NCBI GenBank assembly: GCA_013239625.1
Contig: MU054391.1
Span: forward strand, 6,035,824 to 6,099,823
Direction: 5' to 3'
DNA: 64,000 nt
Origin: Lama guanicoe
Lineage: Eukaryota
The translations under genes and the position numbers were made by a program. Positions 13,262-26,660 of this stretch are shown one piece after another; the stretch's first letter is position 1; each line of letters begins with the position of its first letter. Under the pieces are notes generated by a model. The model was not told where the DNA came from. It saw only the letters and a program-made list of their open reading frames with translations, and searched no databases.

Positions 13262-16200
13262 TTTCCTCGGCTTCCCAGGTATACTCTCGGCCACTTTGCA
13301 GACCTCTGTTGTTATCAAGCCATCGTTCATTTGTGGTCTGTTTGTTATAGCAGCTAGAGTTATCCTAAGTAACACACTGCCTCACGGTGCTGTCGGGGAG
13401 ATGAAGTCAAGCATGTGAAAAAGCCCCGCACAGTGCCAGGAACATAGGACGTGGGAGTCCTTACTAGATGTTAATTTCTTTCCTAATTAATATTAATTGT
13501 TCCCAAGCACATGGATAGACATGGCCTCAGGCCATTTCTATGGCCTTGGATTGATGGCTTAGCTTATTTTAAATTTATATCATCAACATGAATTATACTA
13601 TATATGCTTATAATTATTCTAAAATTACTATGAACTTAGATGTTGCTAGGAATCACATTTTTAAGGTGCCACTATTGGATACTTTGGGCTTACAAAGCTG
13701 TCTCAGTCAAAAAGCTCTGGGTTGCGAGTGATGGAAAACCATTTCAAATTGGCTTAAGCAATATAAATAGTTGAATGATCAGTAAATACACTAATGGTGA
13801 TTGATTGGCTCACAATGTGTCCTGCAGGGAGGGCTGTACCCAGCACGCAGATGATGCCCCAGTGCCCTTTTCTGTCACACATTACTCTGCAAAAGCGTTC
13901 TCACACGAGGGGGGCAGGACAGTCGCCAGCAATCCTACCGCCACACCCTCACAACTCAGCATCCAGTGGGAAAGAAACTGTCTCTCTCCCAAATATTTCA
14001 GTTCAGGGGGTGGATGTCTCGCCTTTGTGTATCATACATTTGGCTGCACAGTTTGAGGTTCTGTCACTTTTGTCATGAGGCAGTTTTATCAAGGTCTCCG
14101 GGCCCTTCCTAAAGAGACCAGACACACCCTCCAACTCCTGTCCCGCTCGCCAGTCAGATGGAAAACCAGGTCGCAGGGAATGAGCCAGAGGAGCTGGGAA
14201 AATTTTAGGCTGGAGAAGGGACGCTTGAGGAGGTCCTGAGAGCCGGCTTCAGAGGGGCCCGTGCGCCGTGCGGTTCTGGAAGAGAGCAGCAGGACGGGCA
14301 CGAAGAAGCTGGTTTTCGCTCAAACTAGGGAAGCCCTTTTTGAAGCTCAGAGCCCTGGAGCTGGAAGCGCTGCCTTGGGGTGGTGAGCGTTGTTGGAGCT
14401 GTGAAGATGCTCAGCTCGGAAAGATGCTGCTCCGAGAGCCTGGAATCTGAGGTGGGGTCCAAATCGTGGCTCTGCCGTGGACCAGGCTGGCCAGCGGGCC
14501 TCCCGAGCCCCGGGTTCTCTCCTGTGCAGGAGATCACGCCTTCCTTGTGGGAGATCCAGAAAGGGTAATTGGGATGATGCTTTGCAAACAGCAGCACATT
14601 AAACAAATATGACCACGCTCAGCCCAGGAAGCCGCAAGGACAAAGGGCGGAGGGAGCTTCCTGGCCAAGGTGGGGGCCGTGGGGAGGGGAGGTGCACAGT
14701 GTGGGTGGAGTCAAGGCCCCCACTCCCCACACCAAGAAGGGGTTTGCCTGCCTGTGAGCTGATGGTGGGGCTCTGTAGGGGCCTCCAATGAGCATCTTTG
14801 GGTTCCTACAAAATGCCAGAGAAGGCACCCTTCCTTTAGGGGTTCACAGTGCGGTGGAGAGCAGGGCGGAGACTGAACAGTGGTCATAAATGAGGAAGGT
14901 GATCGGTGCTACGGGAAAAAGTGGGACAGGATGAAGGAGACCGAGCGAGTACGCACAGGAACTGCACACTCTCCTGAGGGGCAGGGGTTTCAACAAGAAC
15001 ACGAGGATGTGAACGGCAGAGTTGATCAGAGCTGGTGTGGCCGCCCTGGGGAGCACAAAGCCATGGTTCCCGCTGTGGGGACCTCCCCTCCATGCGAGCT
15101 GGGCTTGGGAGCCACTTGGAAGAGCAGAGATGGGGTGGGAGAGGGGACTCTTACCACAGGAGGGTCAGGCTAAGCTGTGCCGGGACCAGAGCCATCTGTC
15201 CCTGATGGATCCAGCTGAGCCGCACCCTGTAGGCCAGAACCAGTCCCCCAGGCCCCCCAGGGACGGGTGGCTTCTGTGACCCAGCCAGCAGGGCCCCCAG
15301 ACTTCACCTTCTCAAACTCTCAGGAAGCGCGGCTCCTCGGAGGTGTCCCTCTGGCTGCTTCGTGTCAGGTGGGCTCCAGGCCAGACCCTGCCTACTTTCC
15401 AGGAACATCCTAGAGGTGGCTGTGGCTGTAGACTCAGGCAGAAGAGGCTTCTAATCTCCTCTTGAATCCCAACTCTGGGGGCCTTTGATTCCTTCTCTGA
15501 AAACGGAGACCATGATATGTCCTCTTAGGGTCAAATGGGATCATGAGGAAGGCGTTCAGCCAGTGCCTGGCTGGTAGGACTTGCTCGGTCACGCCCAGGG
15601 TCTGGGGCTGTGGGTGGAGTGCGTAGGCCTGTGTTGCAGCTGCAGGACTGCAGGGTGGCCTTGGGGTCTCTTTGGGGGTGAGGGTCCCAGCTCCACCCAG
15701 CAGGACTGTCGGGAATGTCCTGGGAGATGGGGGTGGGACGAGGGTCATCAGGGAAACGTGGGACTTTTCCAAATGGTCCCACACAACCCAACTTTCCTTA
15801 GGAACGTCCTCCCCTTTCATCCCAGGACCGTTCCTGAAAGAGCAGAAAAGTCGCCCCATAATCATCTTCCAGTCCTTACCGTCTGGGGGCACCTGGTCAT
15901 GAGGACGTGGCAGTGATGAACGTTTATGGATTGAAGCCACATCTGTTCTCTCATCTTGCCCTCGACACCCGTGATGTACATCTTACTGTACCCATTTCAC
16001 ACACAAAAGGATTGGGGTCCAAAGAGCTCAGGTGCCGTGCTCAGGGGCGAACAGCCGGCCAGTGCTGAGTCCGGCTAGACCAGACGCCATAGAACAGGGC
16101 AGGCACATACTCACTATCATGGATGTTCTGGTGTCTGTCTGTCACCCAGGACAACAATTAAGATCACCCTCTTCCAATCTCAGAAGCACCCTGTTGGATT

Positions 16201-19200
16201 CTAAATTACATGGTCTAAAATGAAGGTCATGACAGTTTCTACCACATCCCAGCTGCTTTGAGGGGGTTCAGCCTAAACGGGGGATCATGGCCCCCCTGTA
16301 GAACTGGGGGTGGGAAAGGGAAGAGGGGTTCTGTTCCCAGGTGGACCCCTGTCCCCTGCCTCTGCTTCAGGTGGGTTGTTCTCCATCTGGCTTTTTCCAG
16401 CACCGGACAGGCACTTTCCTTACCACCATGCCGTCTCTTGTCCTGCCCTTTCTTTCCCTCCATCCTCCCCAGGGCTCCCTGCAGTTCTGGATACCTGCTC
16501 CCCACAGCTCCCCAGGAGTCCACAGGCAGGCACCTGGGCAGATGCCCCCCACGGAGCATTCTTCAGGGACAGCTCTGTCTAAAGATATCCAGACAGACCA
16601 TCTGGTCCTAACCTGCCCCCATCCCTCACCGCTGGGGACTCACCTTCATCCACATGCAGAGCTCCAGGACCCACAACCAAGTCAGCCAGACAGCAGCAGC
16701 TGCCACTCCCTGCCTCCGTTCCAGCCACATCCGACTCACTCATGGTCCCTTAGCATGGATGGACCAGCAGACGGATATTCTAGGTTCCGAGGGTACTGGG
16801 GAAAGGAGGAGGGGAGCCCCTCAGGTCACAGCCCAGGCCTGTTGGGGGTGTAACGGAGCCTGGGACCCTGTCTGTCATGGAAGGTGGGCCCCAAATCTAC
16901 AGAGAACAACGTTCACAAACAGAAAGGGTCCTGTGGATGGCATGGCTCTTGGCTGAACTCAGACAACGGGCTGACGTGGGTGTGGGTGAGTCACGCGTGG
17001 CTCTGAGACTGGTCTCCAGGAATGTCCTGGAAAAGTACAAGCTATTATTTACCGGGCAGCAGGATGCTGGCTTTCTCCAACATCGTCTGTGATTGGGCTG
17101 TTGCTGCTGCATACATTTCTGAAAATGCCTCCAGTGGGTGACATTTATCAAATCAAGCGCTTTCTAATTCTAGTCCCCCGATACATGGACAATTCTCTTT
17201 GCAGATAATGTCGCCAGTCTGCCCAGGCCTGCGCAGCTGAATGATCTGATGGGAGAAGACACGCTGTCTCCTGCCTGCAGAAGGAAGCGGGCGGCGAGGG
17301 CGCTGAGAACCTTGCGTGATGCAAAAGCGGGTCCGCCCGTCCTCTTCCACCTTTCTTGTTTCCTAAAGGTGGCAGTGTCTGAGGTGATGGGGGTGGGCCT
17401 GGTGCACAGACTGATGAGAACCCCCGGGCCATTACGTGCCTTCCTGTAGCCGTCCCCGTGTGCTGGGCACCAGGCAGGGAGGCGCTGGGATGCGGGGTCC
17501 GTGGCTGCCATGGGATAAAATGCTACCAGCTGTCCATGGCAGCACGAGGAACGGTCAGCCCTGTGACTCCACCAGAACTCACCCTCCCTTGCCACGTATT
17601 TGAGGAAGAGCTGGCCAGACCGAATGTTTGGGAACCAGCTGGCTGCCCTCCTGGGCCCTGGGCACACTCCCTGCATGACACAATAGGAACGTTACCACAC
17701 TCTGTCTAACGCGCCAGGCCCTGTGCCAGGCTTTATACGGTTGCACTGTTTACCCTAAAGGGGTCGATTTGGGGGCCCTCCCCATTTTATAGGCAGGAGT
17801 GTTTCCTTGCCCAACGTCACCCATCTGATGTTGGGCGAAACTGGGGCTACACCCCTCCTCTGCCCCGCTGTGCCGAGCACTTGACCTTGATGTTTTTACA
17901 CCTGCTCTTCCTCTGTGCACACAAGGGCTGCTCCATTGAACGCCACAGGGCTGGGCTCCTCCCAGCGCTGCCCCTGAGTCTCAGGACATGTTGAAGGGCC
18001 CTCGGTTCTCAAACACCACTGACTTTCGGGAGGCACCTGCCCTCTGTGGGCCCCTGTATAGGAATGGCACAGAGAGGGCGAGATAGATTCTAGACCCCAG
18101 TGGCTCCCGTTCCTGCAGCTGCAGCGTCTCACCATACTCTGGGTGAGGCAGGACGTCAGTCCTCAGAAGGAAGACTCTGAAAATCACCAACGACAAAGCG
18201 CTCCACCCCTCTGGACAGCACCTCAGGGTTGACAAGGCAGGGAGGGCCACACACCCTCTGGTTCACTGGCTGCTGCTCACCTGTGCTCTCAGAGGCTGCT
18301 AGGAGGTGGAGCTGTACCTGAATGCCAGGTAAGGCAATGAAGGTCAGATGTGGGAGCCATGCCCACTGCCCCTCCCTGGAAGTGAGGACTCCTCTCTCCC
18401 ATCTCTGTGTGAACATGGAGTGGGTGAGAATGTGGCATCTCAGATGTTTGATTTCATCTAATCTCACTCCCTCTCTCTGCTGGTGAGAGGACTGAGGCTC
18501 ACGCAGGTGGTGACTTGCTCAGGGTCTCCCAGAATTGGTGGCAGAGCCAACCAGAAGTTCTACCATCTTGGACGTGCCCATCTGTGTGTGGGTCAATCAT
18601 GGAGAAGTGCTCTGATGGGTGCTGATGGCCCTGTGCTCCCTGACATCCTCCCACCCTGGACTGGTGATTGGCCTTGGCTTTGCTAAGGCTCCCTCATTGG
18701 TCCTGAGCCTGAGAGAGGCCTGAGTGTCTGGACTTCCTCAGGGCTGCTGTGCCAGTCGCTTCCATCACCTGCCTTGCACAGGGAAGTCAAAGGGCCTGGT
18801 GCTCTGGACCAGTGGGAGGCCTGGTGAGAGGTGCGGCAGGAAGGAGCACCAGCTCCTGTGGCAGCCGCCTCCCAGGCCTTGGGACCAGGTGCTTCTACAG
18901 CTTCCCCTTCCACTGGGGAAAATTTGCTGGACAGTGGAGCTGCCTGGTGTGACGTCTTTGATCTATTCCTATAAAGTCCTATAAATTTCCTTTCCTCCAT
19001 GGCCCCGCCCTGTGTCGGGTCTCCAGGCAACCCTGGAAGCAGGGCGTTGCCTCCTTGAGGGTCTCTTCAGAGGCCACCCTAGACGTGGGGGCGCTGCCTC
19101 TGAGGGTTTCCACCCCACCCCTATCCCAAGGTAGTCAGGTTGCATTTTCCACATCTACTTAATTCTCTTTCAAATGGAAGGGAAAAAATAGCAAAGGAAA

Positions 19201-20089
19201 AGTCCCAGAAGCTCTAAAAGGCTTTCACAGGCTCTGAGCAATTAGGTGGCTGGGCTGTGAGAAATGGCCAGAGCTCTGGGAGGAGGTTATCAGGGAGGCA
19301 AAGCACAGGCAGAATTTTCCATTACGCCCTCCTCCCCCGAATGGTACGTGTCCACGGGAGGCGGGTCCCTTGGGAGAGGGGTTCACACTGGTCCCTCTGA
19401 AGGTGCCCTGGACGTGGGGGCAATGTCGACGTCTCCCACAGAAGGGAGAAGCACCTGCCTAGCCGTCCTTGCAAGTCCTTCGGAGTCTCCTTCCATTCTC
19501 TTCCCTGACCACCTACTGTGTGCCCTACCCCTGCCAGGGGAGCAAGGGGGCCCTGACACAGAGATGAATCAGAGGTGGGCCAAGCCCAGTGCTGGAGGGC
19601 AGGGCAGGCACCCACGTGTCCAGAGTCACCCCTGGGGCTGTCAGGAGCCTGCTGTGTGCTGGCCCCAGGGCCGTGGGGGTCAGGGGTGGCAGCGTACCCT
19701 GAGGATCTGTTTTCTTGTGGGTAGTGACCAGCAGAGGCAGACGGCCCAGCTTGGAGGGGTAGCCCCCTTGGGTACCCTTACATCACAGCCCTGTGGGGAC
19801 CCGAGCAGTGCCAGGCTGGGCTGAGACCAGAGCACACCCACACCCACCCTCACCAACACGCCCCTAGCCTCCGCCCACGGCAAGAGATGCCCAGAGCAGC
19901 ACGACAGGGCGAGGCTGGGGGTGGCCACTGCACGTTTCCCTAACTTCCCTGAGCCTCCGTGTCCTCACAGCAAGGTGGTCACGTCCCCCCCCTGGGAAGT
20001 CCAGGACTACGAGCGTGCAGCTGGGGGTGGGGGACTGGGTGGGGGTCCTGGCCAGAATGAGCTGGAAAGGGCAGCTATTGCTATCACGA

Positions 20090-20376
20090 ACACACACATT
20101 CTCTCATGCACACACACCCACACATGTATACACAGTGCACATACCAACATGTATGCAGAGGGACACACATTCACACACGAACACGCATCTATACATGTGC
20201 CCACAGATTCACGCACGTGTACCACATTCACCCATGTGCAAATGTATTTACACATATGCACACACACCTATACACGTGCACACATGTTCACCCATGTACA
20301 CACATCTACTCATATGCACGCACATCTATACACACGTGCGCGCATCCACACACTTGCACACAAGCACACACACACA
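20090..20376. repeat. Degenerate (CA/TA/TG) alternating purine-pyrimidine microsatellite
   Basis: ~290 bp of cacacat/gcacac/atacac units. Confidence 0.9.
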
Positions 20377-22815
20377 TTAAAAAATCGAGTCAGGGAAGCA
20401 GAGGGCTGAGCAGAGGGTTGGTGGGGGAGGGGGGTGGCGGGAAGCGAGCTGAGCGAGTAAGCATATCGGAGTGTCAGCATCCTGGGTGGGAGGGAGCAGG
20501 GGGCTGAGAGGTGGGGAAGGAGGGCGGAGTCTGGAAGGAGAGCGTGGAGCTCTGCCCTCCTGGGTGAGGAGCTGCCCCTGGACAAGCTGAAGCTGTGAGG
20601 CTGCAGGCTTCTCTCTGAGCCTGCTGTCCACTGCGTGTCCCTGTCCCCTGAGCTGCCATGGAACACCCACTCTCCCTTCATGCTCAAGTGACACGGATTA
20701 GGTCTGGAAGGAGCAGTAAACAAGCTGTCCCCGACGCTGAGCCCTCCCGACTTCTCAGCCCTTTGTCCAGATGAGGTTCAGAGGAGGCGGGGTGTCAGGG
20801 AGGCCCCGCGGGGGTGGCACACGGAGGTGCTGGTAGAGGCCGGTCCCTTCCTGGGGCATCCCAGCCCCTCCGCCCCACCCTCCAGTCCCCTAGGTCTCTC
20901 CAAGGCCATGCCTGGGAATGTCCTGTGCTCACAGACCCAGGGAGACCCCTCCACAGCCAGCACAGGATGAGGGGGTGACAAGTCTCGGGGGCAGGGTCCT
21001 GAGCCCAGGATGTTTCCGAGAGTGGCTGCCTCCTCCTGCTTTAATGTTTCCAGTGATTAAAAGCCCCAGCCCGATGGCTGCAGTTTTCATTTTCCAGAGC
21101 CCTGGTCTTGGAGATTAATCATTATTTGCAAACATTGTCTACTCATGGTGGGATGTGAACCATGTTTTCAGCAAAGCAGAAGGAATGAGGCAGAGGCTGT
21201 GGGGGGGCAGGCAGCCTCCACGGAGGCCAGAAGGCAGGAGTTCTGGTCCACAGGCCCCCAGCAGGCTGCCCGTGGCCAGGAAAGGGGCCAGAACAGGGAC
21301 GGGAGGCGGGTGGGGAAAGCCCAGGGGCCCCTCGAGCCTGGAGCTTGGCTGCTGTGAGTTGTTAGTCTTCACGCCACCCTGGGGGCGGGGCTGACAGGAG
21401 ACCCAGGGGGTCCTAGCTTGTCTGGGAGCAAATCCACATTCAGGCCCAACTGGCCACTTGAAACCAGTGCCCTCGACACCATCCCCCATGACCAGCCCCA
21501 TCACCCACCGTCTCCACAAGTGTCTTTGCATCCACTCAGGTGGCCTTTTATTGGGGCACAAGGGTCTTGTCAACCATGCAGCCAAGGGCACTTCTAATTT
21601 GAGTCTGGGTTTCTAAGAAACACGCAGGTTCAAGTGCAGCATCACCAGGGACGGATAGGACGCAGCTGCACACGTCACCATTGACAGCTGCCATACGTGC
21701 ACAGGGAGGGACCCTGCATACCCTTCATTCTCCTGGGCGCTGAAATGTGGGACGGATTTTAGCTGAATCTCGGCCTGGTAGCACCGGCCTCCCTCTGTGC
21801 CTCGGTTCCCCCATCTCAGGTGAGAAGGTTGAAGCAGAGACCCGTCGAGCCTCTCGTAGCTCTGGGCCTTTGGAAGGATTAAGCCAGCGTTCACCAGCCC
21901 GGACTCCACGTGGTAGAGGCTGGGGGACTCCTCGCCGGGCAGAGACCCCCCGCCCGCCGGCCCCAGCCCACTGCTGCTGTCCTGTTCCGCAGGGGTGGCT
22001 GTCCAGAGGGGCGGCCCGAGAAACTGCATTTGATCTTCACAAAAATGAGGTCCTAAGTCCCAGGGGGGCCATTGAAATGAGGATGGAAATGAAGGCAGGA
22101 AATTGAGGGCATTGGAGGATGTTAAAAATATGTGCCTGTATTAATGGAAGTGGTGAAAACGAGGCTCCAATAGGCAGGTGAAGCGCTCGTGTGACTGTCA
22201 TTACTTTAGCTGCAGAATCAGAGGGTGTGGAGCTAGAGGGGCCCCGCGGAGAGCCTGCTCCTCCACGCCCCTCATCCTACAGACAGGAAGACTGCCCACG
22301 GGGCCATGTGCTGAGGCCATGCACAGAGCAACACCCGAGCCCTGACAGTCATGCAGGCCCAGCCAACCATCAGGGAGTTGACCAGAAGGAAGGACCCTCG
22401 GGCCCCCGAAGGAATGGGGCCGCTTGGGGCACGGAGGGGCTGCCCTCCCAGTCCCTCATGGTTACAAAGTGCTTGTCACGTTGCCTGGCACATAAGAGGT
22501 ACCTAATAAGCCTCGGTTATTACTTTCATTATTAATATTGAGCAGCGGGTGGGGGGGGGAAGGGACGAGAGAACCACGTTTGCAGGAAATGAATTCTTGC
22601 CTGGCAGGCCGAGTAGGGGTGAGGGAGGCCGAGCGAGGTCAGATGTCCGGGGTTCACAGATGCATGGCGACCGCAGCAGCGAAAGCGCCCCTATAAGCTG
22701 CTGTGCCGGGCGTGGCTTTCGCTCTCCTACGGTCCTCACAGCAACCAGTTACCCCCCACCCCACGCCATTTCACAGACAGGACTCGGGACTAGGGGTCCA
22801 GTCACTCCAGAGTTT

Positions 22816-23390
22816 TTTGCAGAAAAATGGGATGCAAGAGGACGGTTAAGTCCCAGGTCTCAGGTGAATCCCTGGGACCCTCCCCACCAGGTGAGGGTCT
22901 TTGGCTTCGCGCAGGAAAGAATTTAACAGCGAGCCATAGTAGACTGAACGTAGACTTATTCAGGGAGATACACACTCCGGAGACAGAGCGCAGGCCATCT
23001 CAGAAGGCCAGAGAGGCCCGGGGTTGGGGTCATCCTGGAAAGTGAGAGTGGACGCTGGGTGCGGGCGTGTTTCATTTTTTATGCGCTGAGTAATTTCATG
23101 TACTAACAAGTGGGAAGATCATTCAAACTGTTTTGGGAAGGGGTGAGGATTCCCAGTAAACCACCCACTTTTTGGACTTCTATGGCCAGACTGTCACACA
23201 CCTGTGGGTGTGTCATTAGCTTGCTAATATATCATGGTGAGCCTATAATGAGGCTCAAGGTCTCCTGGAGGTCAAACCTGCTGCCATCTTGGGCCTAGTT
23301 GGCTCTAACCAGTTTCTGTCATATCCGTTTTTCTCAATGGCTGTGTCATTCTTTTAATGGCTGTGCCCTGCCCTCCACCCTCCTGTCTCA
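22816..23390 (-). mobile_element. ERV1-type solo LTR, family A copy 1
   Basis: Reverse complement starts TGAGACAGGAGGG like copies at 34628 and 47926; U5 motif ttctttcctgcgcgaagccaaagaccc; flanked by GTTT/GTTT 4-bp TSD (22812-22815, 23391-23394). Confidence 0.85.
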
Positions 23391-25762
23391 GTTTCAGCAG
23401 CCCCTCCAGAACACTCACCCTGCCCTCCCCACATGCCCACTGCCTCTGGACCTGAGCCAAGAGTCTTCCTTCAGAAAGCCTCACCCCTTCAGCTGAGGCC
23501 CCAGCCTCAGTTTTTCACCTCCTGCTTGTCTGCAAAACCTCCCCAGAGTCGGCCCTTCCTCAGGAGCCAGCATGTGGCCAGGCCTTGGCAAGCAGTTCGC
23601 CTGGCCCAGGAGTAGGGCTAGACATCAGGCCTTGGCCAGGGCTGAGCCTCAGTTTCCCTATCTGTAATTTGAGCTGGCTGAACACTCCCTAAATGCTGCC
23701 AGCTGTGGAACAAGCCCAGGACTCCCTCCCAGGCAGATTCCCAAGTCCGGTGCCGGCTCTGATCCCTGTGTGATGTCCCCCTCCACTGCTGGGGCCCCGT
23801 AGGGTGGAAAAGGGAAAACTACTCTGCCCTCCAGTGACTGCACACAGGAGAAGCCAGGAGGGGAGCAGAGCAGAGAGGACTCCAGTGGGCCCTGAACGCC
23901 TTCCCAGGGTCCCTGCCCCTGCCAGCTTAGGCTCACCAGACAGCCCAGCCCGCGGGCTCTGGGGGAGGGGCAGGGAGGTGGAGGGCAGAAGGGAAAAGGA
24001 GGGGAACCTGGAGGGGGCTCTCCTCCCACCTCTGGACTCCAGCTGATGTGTCTGCACAATCTGGAGGTGTATTGGGGTGATTTCCTCTGAAAATAACAAA
24101 ATGACACTAACTTAACACGATAAAGTCAATTCACTGTATTGGTCTACGTTGGAAATATTTCCAAATACAAAGACAAATACAAAAATGAATGCGAGAGGAA
24201 AGAACCATCATGGTACAAACAAGGAGCACGATGAAAACCCAGGAGGAGCCATTCAGGCCTGGCGGGGGGCATTCTAGCTGTTTCTCTGCAGGTGTCTGGG
24301 CTCTGCTCTCCCCAAGTGCTGGCACAGGAGGGCTGTTCCAGGTGCTGGGGACAACGCATCCTCACTCTCTCTCTGGGGACTTAGGGTCTTTCCCAAACCT
24401 GATTTGGGACAGAGCCTTCCTTCCTGAGAGGTATCCCACAGGCTGAGGACAGCCCCCTAGGCAAGGACAGGCTGATGGAAGCTGGGCTGCGCTCCCAGGC
24501 CCGGCCTTGCCCGGCTGGCTCAGAGAAGGCACAGGAAGTACTGGTCCTGCTGCTCCCACAGTGGTGATGACACCTGAGCTTGGCCACTCCTGGGCGCCAA
24601 AAGCCATCCTCCCAGCTGGAACCTGGGGAGAGTGACTGACACTTGGCCCATCTGTCAATCCCACAGCCCAGCTATCTGACTCCATGCTGGTGCCGCACAC
24701 AGGCGGACGCTAGACAGACCCGGCCAGGGCTCGCAGTCTGGTGGGGAAAGACAAACTCAGCAAGAGCCATGACCCAAGGCAGGGTCATGGAGGAGAGAGG
24801 CACCGGGGGCCCTGACAAGCAGTAGAGGGAGATCGCTCCAGGGAGGGCCCAGAGAGCTTCTCAGAGGAAGTGGCCTTGGCCTTGGTCACCCTATCCATGT
24901 GTGACCCTTGGCTGTTATTCCCTTGCTTGGAGGTTCTCCAGCTCCAGTGTACAAGACAGCACCTGGGGCATCCTGGGCCCTAGCCCCAGGGATTCTGATC
25001 CCAGAAGTCTGCATGGGCTCGGGACTCCGTGGGCTTCACTGGCTTCAAGGTGAGTCTGGTGAAACTGGGCCTTGAGTTAGGTCTTCCGAGTCTCTCTTCG
25101 CAGTCCTGCCTGGCCGCAGAGGCCTGGGGGAGAGTGCCAGAGCCCCAGGCCCACGAGGTGGCCCCGTCACAGAGAAGCCCCCGGGAGTGTGAGTGGCTCT
25201 CAGCGGGAGAAGGGGTCCAGTGTCCATCCTTAGCGGAGAAGCACGTCAGCCACCTTTGATGGTGTGGAGCCCCATGGTGAGGGCGAGCGCAGGGAGGCAG
25301 TGGGGTGTGGGGACAGTCCTCCAAAAGGCCTTGCAGGGCTCCAGGGTGGCCATGGTGTTCTGCTCTACCCAAGAGGAAGGCTGTGGGGGCAACTTCCAGC
25401 TTTCAGGATTTTCCCACCAGTGGCATCATCAGACTCTAAACTTGAAGCCTCTTACAGAAAATGTAGCCTCCCACATTCCAAGCGGGGTGACAATGCTGGG
25501 GACAGCTGCAGGGCTGGCTGTGGGACGTAAACCCACTGGGCTTGAGGCAGAGGGCTGTGATTCCCCTGGGGCCCCAGAGAGCTGGCCCGACACAGTGATT
25601 CCCAGCACCTCCTCTGGGGGCGCTGCTCCTCCTGGGAGTTTCCCCGGGGTGGGGAGAGGGGTGGATTCAGAGCTTCTCAGCGCTGGGTCACGGACACCAT
25701 GGGTCACTGGCGACAGGGAGAGAAAGTCAAGGAGGCAGAAGTCAGAGCAGGGAGCTACCCAG

Positions 25763-25893
25763 GTAGGGCGGCCAGATAAAACGAAGGGTACTCAGTTAAA
25801 CATAAATTTCAGATAAACACCAAAAAATTTGTTTGTATATATCCCAAATAATGCTTGGCTCCTATATTATTATTTGGTATATCTGGCAACCGT
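25763..25893. mobile_element. MER53-like palindromic hAT MITE, internally deleted
   Basis: Ends tagggcggccagata ... tatctggcaaccgta (inverted), with cagttaaa..aatttcagataaaca. Confidence 0.7.
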
Positions 25894-25974
25894 ATGTGCA
25901 GGTCCCGGCCAGGGCATCCATTGATCGCCTTTTATATGCCAAGTACCCGGCTGAGGAGACACTGTCTGCTCTTT

Positions 25975-26660
25975 GTTCTATTAATAAATATTGTTTGGGC
26001 ACCTATTACACGCTAGGGCCGTTCCAGAGGGAGAGAGGGAGTCAGCACTGAGCAAAACAGACATAAACCCTGCCCCCTTCCACTCGCATTTGAGGGAGGG
26101 GGAAAGAAGTAAATAGACAAATGAAAATATAATGTCAGGCGGTAAAAGGGCTAAGCAGAAAACAAAGCAGGCGAAGATGAAAAGGAATATATATGTAACC
26201 AAACCACTGTGCTGTGCACCAGCAATTAACACAGCACTGTAAACAGACCATACTTCAATAAAAAAAAATTTAAGGCTAAGGCATTCGAAGACAGCATTAA
26301 AACTGAAAAAGAAATGGGAGAAAATAAATCAGGCTGTGTTGGTGGCTGGAGGGGGACAGGCTCTGTTGCTAACCTCTATAGGGCAGAAGCGGGGGCCTCT
26401 GAGCAGAGACGGGCCAGAGGTGATTGAGCCTGAGGGAGGCACTGCAGCAGAAGGAACAGCAGTGCAAAGGCCCTGAGGAAGCCGTGCTGGGGGATGTCAA
26501 GGCACAGAGAGGCTGGAGCAGTGGGAGCAGGGGTCGGGTGCTGGATAACAAAGTCTGCTCGGGGGCCAATCATGGCAGACCATGCGGACCATGGCAGGGA
26601 GTCTGGTCTGAACCAGATGGGTGCCACCAGAGGGTTTTAAGCAAAGGAGCAGCAGGATCT
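25975..26660 (-). mobile_element. L2 LINE 3' fragment, interrupted by a short L1 3' tip
   Basis: aataaatattgtttgggcacctatta...aacagacataaaccctgcccc...ggaacagcagtgcaaaggccctgagg...gagggttttaagca. Confidence 0.65.
26178..26268 (+). mobile_element. Lineage L1 extreme 3' tip with A-tail
   Basis: ctgtgctgtgcaccagcaattaacacagcactgtaaacagaccatacttcaataaaaaaaaa; same 3' end as the 44072-44254 element. Confidence 0.7.

Noticed and set aside
19921..20507. His/Thr-rich ORFs
   Set aside because: Translation of the CA-rich microsatellite
22660..22800. CpG-rich hairpin (agcgaaagc...gctttcgct) with TATAA as ncRNA or promoter
   Set aside because: Downstream wording (tcctcacagcaacc...ccatttcacagac) suggests a decayed antisense MIR; the short stems are compatible with chance
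25193..25816. 207-aa ORF
   Set aside because: No recognisable homology; ends inside a MER53-like MITE; expected by chance in GC-rich sequence
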